A DNA stretch of 64,000 nucleotides from an uncultured Acidimicrobiia bacterium (lineage in GTDB: Bacteria > Acidobacteriota > Terriglobia > Versatilivoradales > Versatilivoraceae). A model generated the notes under the pieces. The model was not told where the DNA came from, ran no database searches, and was given only the letters and a program-made list of their open reading frames with translations. The position numbers and the translations under genes were made by a program. The stretch is taken from positions 1,600,001 through 1,664,000 of the forward strand of contig CAWBAT010000005.1 of the NCBI GenBank assembly GCA_963786955.1, in the 5' to 3' direction. Of this stretch, positions 51,948-60,198 are shown piece by piece. Each line of letters begins with the position of its first letter. The stretch's first letter is position 1.

Positions 51948-53198
51948 ATGAGTAAACCAGTGTTTGGCTCTTGTTGGCTCGGAGTAACCTTCTTTTTGCT
52001 TGCCGTACACGCCGATCCAATTCTGCTCTTAAGTGACACCTTCCGGCGCGAACCCTCTGCGACGATCTCAGGTCGGCTAACAAATTCCCAAGGAAAATTT
52101 CTTGGTGGAGCTCTTATTGATGAAACTAATCTCGGATCTCACCTCGTAGTTTGGGCAAAGACCAACAAAGTTGGTTCGAATCGAATGACAGTACTACCGC
52201 AAGGTCCTTATAGGGTGACGGCACGAATGGTTGGTTTCCGTATGATCGCCAATCCTAGTTTCAAAATGGAGGCGCAGGACAAGATTGCATTGAACTTCTG
52301 TATGGATTGTAGCGCGGTTCCGAATTCCAGTGCGGGCGGAGCAGGGGGGATTGGTGCTGGGGATACGGGAGGCGGTTCTTCGAACCAGACTGAGACATCC
52401 ACCCGGACTACCGCACATGGCCCGCTTGCATTGGCCGGGTCTTCTTCATTGACGCCGAACTCTTACCTCAGCGAAGACCTACAACTTCAGCAAGGGGCCA
52501 ATGGCGACAGTCAGCCGGCTGCAGTTCGCGTCAATTCTTCAATATCCTCTGAAATCGGCGGCTACCTCCTGGGTGATTCAATTAATCTCTTTCCATCGCT
52601 TAAAGGGGATGAAGAAAGTTCTCTGCACTCTTACACTAAAAGCTCTGATTCGATTCTCCCTTCAAACCTACTTATCTCATTTATTGTGAATCCAATGGGC
52701 AGCGAATTTGAGAGAAATTACGGCTTGTCTCCCGAATCCTTTGCGTCGAACGCGGGGGCTGGGTTGGAAACCTCATGGGATGTCCCAGGCTCAGATACTT
52801 CACTGGATGCCGCTGAAATCACTGAGAGAATCATTGTTAAGGGGAATGGTCGAAGCAGCGGAGGTCGTTTGGAGAACTCTTCCAGTGAACAAGTTGTCGC
52901 GGCTTTAGATTCGGAAGGGAATGTCAACATAAAGTCCACGGTTTCAATAGTTTCTGAGCCAAGTGTTTTAATGATGATGGGAGCTGGATTGATCGTCCTG
53001 GCCAGAGTGGCTCGTAGGAGCAACTCAAGAGGTAAAGAAAACAGTCCAGTCGTTGAGGTAAAACCCAGCATGTACCAAACGGCATTATCACCCGCGACGA
53101 GTGGCGCGATGACAACCAATCGTTTTTTAACCATGGTGAAGACCACGACCGCGTCTTCCAGTCCGGCGACGAGGTCTGTTCCAATGGGCGCTGCGTGA
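51948..53198 (+). CDS. Exported protein with a carboxypeptidase-regulatory-like domain and a PEP-CTERM-like segment
   Basis: Signal peptide; ATISGRLTNSQG...GPYRVTARMVGF; VSEPSVLMMMGAGLIVLARVARR. Confidence 0.6.
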   Translation: MSKPVFGSCWLGVTFFLLAVHADPILLLSDTFRREPSATISGRLTNSQGKFLGGALIDETNLGSHLVVWAKTNKVGSNRMTVLPQGPYRVTARMVGFRMIANPSFKMEAQDKIALNFCMDCSAVPNSSAGGAGGIGAGDTGGGSSNQTETSTRTTAHGPLALAGSSSLTPNSYLSEDLQLQQGANGDSQPAAVRVNSSISSEIGGYLLGDSINLFPSLKGDEESSLHSYTKSSDSILPSNLLISFIVNPMGSEFERNYGLSPESFASNAGAGLETSWDVPGSDTSLDAAEITERIIVKGNGRSSGGRLENSSSEQVVAALDSEGNVNIKSTVSIVSEPSVLMMMGAGLIVLARVARRSNSRGKENSPVVEVKPSMYQTALSPATSGAMTTNRFLTMVKTTTASSSPATRSVPMGAA

Positions 53199-53452
53199 CG
53201 ACTTGGCTTCAGGCCGTCGGCTTAAAAGGTTGCTTCAATATCCAGGACCACAACAATGACGAAGTCATCTCACGTCCAAAATGGAACGTTGGTAAGGGAG
53301 CGAAGTCACGGCCGCGGACAAACAAACCAGCGATCAAGGCCGCCATAACATTTCTACTCTCCAGCTGAGTCTAGACTTCCTTGCAAATGGATTGGCCCAT
53401 GGATGTGACTGGGATCAACTCGATTTTTTGACAGAACTCAACCAGGTGAAAA

Positions 53453-53644
53453 ATGTTGCAGACATTAATAAACTGGTGGCGCGGATACTCTGAAGCGGAA
53501 ATGAAAAATGTGAAGGAAATGCTCTTATCTTCCCAATCCGGTGGTATCTACGTTACACGACGAGAAAGACTTGCTCTCAAAGATTTGAATATTCTGCGAA
53601 AAGCCGAGAAAAGCAGAAAACCTGAAGACCTCAAACGAGCCTAA
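53453..53644 (+). CDS. Small hypothetical protein
   Basis: 63-aa ORF with AGGTG RBS. Confidence 0.45.
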   Translation: MLQTLINWWRGYSEAEMKNVKEMLLSSQSGGIYVTRRERLALKDLNILRKAEKSRKPEDLKRA

Positions 53645-53710
53645 TAGGCGAAGTTTTGCGATGCATTCTTTTAGTGCTGACCTTTCCAAGGATCACGTAG
53701 GCTTCAATGC

Positions 53711-53910
53711 TCACATCTGCTTGGCGATGATTATCCTGGCAATCTTTTCGTGCGTGGCCTCGGGAATAATTTTCTTGGGTTTTATATTAGTTAGGTGCCC
53801 TCATCTTGTAGGGGCACAGTTGATGATCTTTTCTGCATAGGCAACGCCGATCCCGGGAAGGGTTTTCAGTTGATCAGCTGTTGCAATGTTGATCTCGATC
53901 AAGTCGGAAG
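53711..53910 (-). pseudogene. ComEA-like helix-hairpin-helix relic
   Basis: DLIEINIATADQLKTLPGIGVAYAEKII...KKIIPEATHEKIARIIIAKQ, with a stop and frameshift. Confidence 0.75.
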
Positions 53911-54056
53911 ATTTATATTCGACTAATATAATCGAGCGGCCTTCTTCTTTGTAGCAGGGGCGGGAGCCGGTTTTGTAGCGGCAAGCTTAGGCGCTTAGGC
54001 CAAGCAGAAGTACTCAACATGAGAACGGCAACAGGGGACATTCGTGCCCATGCATA

Positions 54057-54837
54057 TTGTCTCCTAAATCACATGGTGCCTCCTTTAGCGATTGTGTTTT
54101 CGGGGGCCGGTCAATCCTTAGACAAATCACTCTTCATATGACAACGATCACGAAATTTTTCGAATACTGGGAAGAACCTCATTTTCCTTATTTCATAATG
54201 CGCCGAGTACAGAGAATCTCACCGGGAATTGCACGCCTTCTGAAGTATGGTCGCTACAATTTAAATACTCGGGACTACTGGAATGTCAGATATGAGAGCG
54301 GGGAATATACCAGAATTGAGGATGAAAAATACCGCCTTTTACGTGGAGAAATCCTGCGCTTCATCCCGGCTAATTCCAAAGTATTAGACCTGGGGTGTGG
54401 ATCAGGTCGTTTCATGGAACTCCTCGCCCTTCAGAAGTCCTGTCAATGTATAGGGCTCGACATTTCCACGGTATCAATTGAGCTGGTCAGAGAAAAAGGA
54501 TTTGAGGGCTTCCAGAGTAAACTTCCTCGCTTACCCATGGGAATTGTCAATCAACGGTTTGACGTTTGTGTTCTGATCGAAACACTCGAACACATCACCC
54601 ACCCCGAGCGGACATTAAAAAGAGTCGAGGAACTGATTTAAGCCAAATGGCTACCTAATCATTTCAGTTCCAGAAGGCTGTATGAAGCCCGAAGAATTTG
54701 ACGAACATATATCGGCCTTTGATCGCGAGAGTCTCGCCGCCTCAATCCCCACCGGCATCAGCATTGAAACCATCACAACTTGTGAATGTGCAGATTGCAA
54801 GTATCTTATCCTGATCGGAAGGAAATCGGCCATAAGT
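54057..54837 (+). CDS. Class I SAM-dependent methyltransferase (frameshift near 54638)
   Basis: VLDLGCGSG, GLDIS, ETLEHITHP; continues KPNGYLIISVP in another frame; start uncertain. Confidence 0.85.
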
Positions 54838-55499
54838 TAGTTCTAGTAGATTCTAGTTAAGATTCCCCAGAACCTAACATTCCTTCTGGTACCCCTTTCG
54901 GGGGGGCAGGTCAAGTATACGTCCCATTGAATGGGAGGAATGACCAGCTTGTTACATTAGATACACAACTTTAAGTCATTTAATTTGATCCACCTCTTGT
55001 AACTAGTTGTATGATCGAAAATCCTTGTTTGCTCAAGTCCCAATTCGCGCCAAGCCACGTGCTGTCCTTTCCGCCCGGTTTGCTTCAAAAAGGCGGAGTG
55101 ACTGGCTTCCACACCACTTTGGAGCGGTGAAGCTGAGGTGGCAGGAAGTGAGGGTAGACAGGGACGCAATCTAGTTTTTGCTCCTTGACGCAACGGCAGG
55201 CTCGCTTGCCGCGTGATGGAGGACCAAGGTTCAGCGTGGTTGGAAATATCATTGTAGTTGACGAGGGCGCCTCTGCCCGTTGTTAAGGCTCTGCGTCATT
55301 AATGTCCGCCAGGAAAGGTGCGGGAGGTGTTCTTGTTTCTTGCGAATTTGGTACGAAAGACCTTCGTCCCCCATTTGGAGGATGGCGACCCCGAACTCAG
55401 ACTCGGTGCGAGCGCTTTGAAGCTTGACTGGAGGAGAGTATGGACGCTGCTGTGGAATAGTGCTAAAAGCCGACCCCTGCGGGCACCCAAATTCTGCTC

Positions 55500-56300
55500 C
55501 AAAGTTTTCTTGTTTACGAAGGCGGCGAGGCTCAGCGTAGTACTTCTCGTGGTAGCCCTGCAATGGCCGTGCACTCTGGCGGCGGCTCCGGTGTCAGTTC
55601 GCTTTGTGGAGGGTTTCCTCCATGGCTTCCTCGTTCACGCACGGTCAATGGCGTTCTCATTGCGTCCGGTGATCTCCTCCAGGTTCGTCGGGGCAGAGAG
55701 GTTGAGAGCCGCATGTTGTTCCATTTCAAGGACGGGTCGCTGTTCGATGAGACAGTGGTGTTCACTCAGCAGCGTGTCTTCACCCTGCAGAGCTATCGCC
55801 TGGTACAGAGCGGGCCTGCATTCGCCGATGACACCGAAATTTCGTTGCATCGTGCCACCGGAAATTACCATGTGAAAACCAAGGCTCACAAGGATGGGAA
55901 GGAGGAGTTGCTTGAGGGCACGCTCGATCTGCCCCTCGACGTTTATAACGGCGGCATGATCCTTATCGTCGCGAAGAACCTGCCGAAAGGCGCCAGCGAG
56001 ACCGTTCACACGGTGGCCTTCACGCCCACGCCCAGGCTTATCCAGCTGGAACTGTTGCCGGCAGGGGAGCACAAAGTGCTGGTCGGCGAACTCACGAAAG
56101 CCGCAACGGATTATGTGTTCAAACCAAAGCTCGGGATTTGGCTGAAACTCTTCGTTACACTACTTGGACGAATGCCGCCGGACAGCCACGCCTGGTTCAT
56201 CACTAACGAAGGGCCCGCTTTCGTGAAGTTCGAGGGGACACTCTCTATAACGGGACCCATCTGGCGGATCGAGTCGACGAGCCCCCGATGGCCTGATTAG
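55500..56300 (+). CDS. Exported conserved hypothetical protein (frameshift near 55635)
   Basis: Signal-like VVLLVVALQWPCTLAAAPVSVRFVEG joins IASGDLLQV...PAFVKFEG...GPIWRIE; start uncertain. Confidence 0.65.
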   Translation, partial: QSFLVYEGGEAQRSTSRGSPAMAVHSGGGSGVSSLCGGFPPWLPRSRTVNGVLIASGDLLQVRRGREVESRMLFHFKDGSLFDETVVFTQQRVFTLQSYRLVQSGPAFADDTEISLHRATGNYHVKTKAHKDGKEELLEGTLDLPLDVYNGGMILIVAKNLPKGASETVHTVAFTPTPRLIQLELLPAGEHKVLVGELTKAATDYVFKPKLGIWLKLFVTLLGRMPPDSHAWFITNEGPAFVKFEGTLSITGPIWRIESTSPRWPD

Positions 56301-56583
56301 GAAGGGCTGAACCTGAGCCGCAGTACACTCCGAAAATATCAATGGAGGTCGACGCGAAGATATCATGGCTCAGTCACTGCAAATTTTGCGACCACAGCAG
56401 AAATAAACACGGAGACAGCAACCATGACGTTAAGGGTTCTCTCGCAATGGGTAGGGACGCGAAGCCAAACGCTGAGGCAAGGACAGCCCAAATCAAGGCT
56501 GACTTCGCGCGGTCAGAGAAGGGATGTGCGACCATTTTGAAGTTGTTCAGTTTGAGCTTGTCGGGGAGATTATACTTTTGGTT

Positions 56584-56892
56584 TTAAAGTCTACCCGCTT
56601 TCGGCACCATTGAACGCCTTCCGTTCTCAATCTGCTTCGCGAGCTGAAAGTCCTTTTTGGTCAACCCGCCTTCCCGGTCGGTGGAAAGAGTCAAAGTCAC
56701 CCTCCGATAATTGATCAGTATGTCGGGGTGATGATCGGCACTCTCAGCCAATCCGGCTACCTTGTTAACAAAACGTATAGCCTCAGGAAAAGAAGTGAAT
56801 TCATATCCTTTGGCAATGGTTTCCCCCTCAAGCTTCCAAGCGCTTAGACCTTCGAGACTCTCAGTGATCTCGGCTTTGGACAATCTTGCCAT
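56584..56892 (-). CDS. phhB: Pterin-4-alpha-carbinolamine dehydratase
   Basis: FVNKVAGLAESADHHPDI...LST..GGLTKKDFQLAKQI; the usual STH reads STD here. Confidence 0.88.
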   Translation of the reverse strand: MARLSKAEITESLEGLSAWKLEGETIAKGYEFTSFPEAIRFVNKVAGLAESADHHPDILINYRRVTLTLSTDREGGLTKKDFQLAKQIENGRRSMVPKAGRL

Positions 56893-57057
56893 TTCTTCCT
56901 CCTATCACACTATTGTCAGGTTCTTACTAAAAGACCCTTTTAAGCACTCCCACCTGTTGTCGCAGAGCCAAGTTCTCTAGAGGCAGATCCCGTCGCTCTC
57001 TGAAGACTGCAACAATCAAGATGAGTAACCATCGAAGTGCCTCACTCATGGACAGGA

Positions 57058-57225
57058 GTGTGGGAGCATTGTCCGGCGGGAAGAAGGGCGCCGGCATTAT
57101 GGCGACCTCCGGGGGGTATGCAGGACTGGTTTATGATCCCAAGTGCCATTCGACAGAGCGCATATGCGGAAAGCGGCTGCCGGCAAGTCGGGTTGACTAC
57201 CAGAATGGCGGGTTGAGTTTGGCTA
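57058..57225 (+). pseudogene. Glycine-zipper relic, copy C
   Basis: VGALSGGKKGAGIMATSGGYAGLVYDPK; shares GACTGGTTTATGATCCCA and TTCGACAGAGCGC with copy A, and more loosely with copy B. Confidence 0.6.
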
Positions 57226-57404
57226 TTCGATGTAGATATCAGGAGCGTGCAATAAAGTATTATTTTCATTGTTTTTCATGCGCACGGGCCTTTGAATTGG
57301 CTACTGACGTTGGAACAGCCCTATTCATCCAGTACTGCTGTGTAGCAACAAGTGGAAGAATTGCCCGGGAGCGGGTGTGCACCGCGAAAAACCCTCTCAG
57401 TTCC

Positions 57405-58307
57405 TTAGCGAAGCGATTGGAAGCCGAGGACTTGCGACAAGATGGCGTCAAGCATGCTATATGAACCGTTAGAATAGCGGCCATATTGATACCGGCTGTT
57501 GTAGCCATCTTTATAGCCGCGACGGAAGCCCTCGCGAAAGTAGTAGTTGTAGTCGGCCCGGTCTACGTAATAACCGTTATAGCCATAATTGGCGTCCTGA
57601 TAGGCATAAGAGTCTTTGTAGTTGGAACGCCAGTGATCCTGGCGGTCTGCCTCTCCGGCCCGGAAGCCTTCCTGGTAACCGTAGTTAACGGCCTGGCGGA
57701 GAAAATCTGCGCCGTATTGATTCGTCTCGTAGTAGCGGCCGCCACGATTGTAACGATAGATTGGAGCCGTGTAGAAGTACGGATCGCGATCGTAATCGGG
57801 GTGACGGTCGTTCTGGAGAAATATTTGCTGTTGACGCTGGCGCTCTAGATACTCTTCCTGAATACGGTACTGCGCCGTACGATTTTGTTGCTGTAATTGT
57901 ACTGTTTGTTGTTGCAGGACAAGCTGCTGCTGATCTAGATATTGACGGTACTGCGTCAGGCGCTGCTGCTGTTGATCAACAAGCTGCTGCTGACGCTGTT
58001 GTGAGAGACGCACTCCTTCCAGCTGCTGCTGGGCGCGCTGTTGTTGCTGCTTAGTTTGGTCCTGCTGCTGTTGCTGGGCGCGCTGCTGTTGCTGCTTCTT
58101 TTGATCCTGCTGTTGTTGCTGGGGTTTAGCTTGTTGTGCGCCCTGCGGCTTTTCGGGCTTGGCTTGCTTGTCCGGCTTGCCCTGCTTTTTGTCCTGCTGC
58201 TCTTGCTTCTGCTTTTCATCCTGCTGTTCCTGCTGTACGTAGGCAGGAGCAGGGGTTCCGAGAAGCAAAGACAGAACTGCTGTGCTGATAACTCCAACTC
58301 GTTTCAT
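57405..58307 (-). CDS. Exported Gln-rich/Tyr-rich low-complexity protein
   Basis: Signal peptide; poly-Q tracts; YQDANYGYNGYY and FREGFRRGY motifs. Confidence 0.85.
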   Translation of the reverse strand: MKRVGVISTAVLSLLLGTPAPAYVQQEQQDEKQKQEQQDKKQGKPDKQAKPEKPQGAQQAKPQQQQQDQKKQQQQRAQQQQQDQTKQQQQRAQQQLEGVRLSQQRQQQLVDQQQQRLTQYRQYLDQQQLVLQQQTVQLQQQNRTAQYRIQEEYLERQRQQQIFLQNDRHPDYDRDPYFYTAPIYRYNRGGRYYETNQYGADFLRQAVNYGYQEGFRAGEADRQDHWRSNYKDSYAYQDANYGYNGYYVDRADYNYYFREGFRRGYKDGYNSRYQYGRYSNGSYSMLDAILSQVLGFQSLR

Positions 58308-58529
58308 TGTCTGTTACCTCTAATTGGTGCTTAAATGATTGAGAGATGATTATCTGTCTCCTTGTTGAACATCGAGAGAAACCAATAACTCACTTTGTGT
58401 AACTAAACAAACGCTCTCGCTTTTCCGCCACCCAAAATAATCCCTAGCACTTCTCTGGGAGATGAACTCATGATAAAGTTGTTTCACTGGCAAAGCTTTT
58501 CTTTGCATGCAGATGGCTGGTTTTAGATG

Positions 58530-59470
58530 TTAGCCCGGTCCCCCGGCCATGACAGAAACCTTTGCGATGTTTGACCTGGCTCTCTTATTCTTGTACAAGG
58601 CCAAATCTGCCTTGGCCATCAGGTCATTAATAGTCATCCTGCCTTTAATATTGAAACGCGTCATACCGAGACAGAAGGATAGCCGGTAGCCGCAATTGAT
58701 TTGTGCCGGTCGTGTTATCCACGTATTCCTGTAACCGAGCAGAAATAATCTCTGCATTTTCATGAAAGGAATCTATCGAAAGTACCACGAACTCGTCCCC
58801 ACCCAGGCGAGCAATGATGTCCAAATCACGATGAAATATCCCTTTCAGACTCTGAGCCGTATTCACCAAAGCCCGGTCCCCTTCCTGGTGGCCAAAAGTG
58901 TCGTTGATCTGCTTGAGACCGTCCAAATCGAGATAAACAAGGAGGAGTTCCTGCTTGATCCGTCGGGCTAACTTCAGGTGCTGTTCGGCAAAGGTCAAGA
59001 AGCCACGACGGTTGTACAGGCCGGTTAAATCATCAATCAATACCAGGGTTCGCAGCGCGTCATTGGCTTTTTTCAGATTGAGATTAAGTTTGAATTGTTC
59101 CGCTTCCGCTCGTTTGCGTTCGGTAATATCCTCAATCGCAAGGAGGATCATCTCTCGGTTGTTACTCTCGCGGGGCAGCTTTTTGGCATTCAGGAGCATT
59201 GTCCGTCTGACCGATACCCGCAAAATCATGTTCCACTTCATGGTCATGGAATTCCAAGCCCTTGCGAAGTACTTCCCCCAGTAAAGTTCTCAGCCCGGGA
59301 AGGTCCCACTGGCGATTCCCCAGACCAAAAATCAATCGGCCCTCGGTCTCCCCTGGACCGACTTGGAAGGTCTTGTAGAACGATTCATTTGCCCACATCA
59401 CCCTCAGATCTGGACTGAGAATGAGAAGGATTCATGCACGGTTTGCAAAATGCCTTCAGCGTAGATCTGG
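58530..59470 (-). CDS. PAS-GGDEF diguanylate cyclase, several frameshifts (possibly a pseudogene)
   Basis: DDLTGLYNRRGF, DLDGLKQINDTFGHQEGD, ARLGGDEF, ADLALYKNK; PAS fragment WANESFYKTF. Confidence 0.85.
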
Positions 59471-59729
59471 ATTTCCGGTATCAATCTTCGCAATCGAGGC
59501 AAGGAACTTTCCTCCGGATGCGGCTTCCTTCTATTTCCATTTTCTTTCGTACGAACAATCATTTTTCTACTCACAATCCGCTCTCATGCTATATTGTTTT
59601 TCAGAGGACAATCCCGTTTGCCAGAACTCGATCTTCATTCACTTTCAATATCGGGTTCAAAGCAAACAAGAAGGGAAAGCGTCTTATCCCCTTCCCAACT
59701 GATCATGGCGCACTTCTCTCCATACAATC

Positions 59730-59794
59730 TTTATACCAAGGGGGAGTTGGCGCGTCAGTTCAATTGTGAACACCCGTTTGTTCAAAATTGCTCA
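59730..59794 (-). promoter_or_regulatory. Tandem-box regulon promoter, copy 14 (drives the GGDEF gene)
   Basis: Boxes 59779-59794 and 59757-59772; CTGACG-17bp-TATAAA. Confidence 0.85.
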
Positions 59795-60198
59795 TCACAG
59801 TTCACTGAGGCGGGAGGTTCCCTACGGTCCCAGTGAGGGTCTCAAATCCGTGGGAATTGCCCAAGGCGACGAAGCAGAAAACAACTTCTTATGGCGGGAC
59901 AAAGAAAGAGCCACCTTGATATCCTACCTTTGCGGGCTTTTCAAAGTCATAGACCCTTAGGATGAAATAGGAGGTAATTCTTTGTTAGTGAAGTCGAAGA
60001 GGTGAATGATTAAACTTTCAGGGGAGGGAAGGGAAGGTGTAAAAGAATTGGAGATACCGCTTTATGGGCGGAGCCTCCTTCAAACAGCGGACACTACACC
60101 GATGAGTTGAATTGTTGAAGAGGGAAACGAACCCGAACCGGTCGCTTGCTTGGTGGCGTTGGACCAGCGCCTGTGGCCCGCCTAGAGCTTCTGTCTGA

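Noticed and set aside
57830-58235. CTG/TTG-rich tract as a DNA microsatellite or Leu-rich + strand gene
   Set aside because: Fully explained by poly-Gln coding on the minus strand
1758-59794. Repeated motif as a CRISPR array, attC site or MITE
   Set aside because: Copies are dispersed with no spacers, no cas or intI gene, no terminal inverted repeats or target duplications. All face a gene start and include spaced -35/-10 elements.
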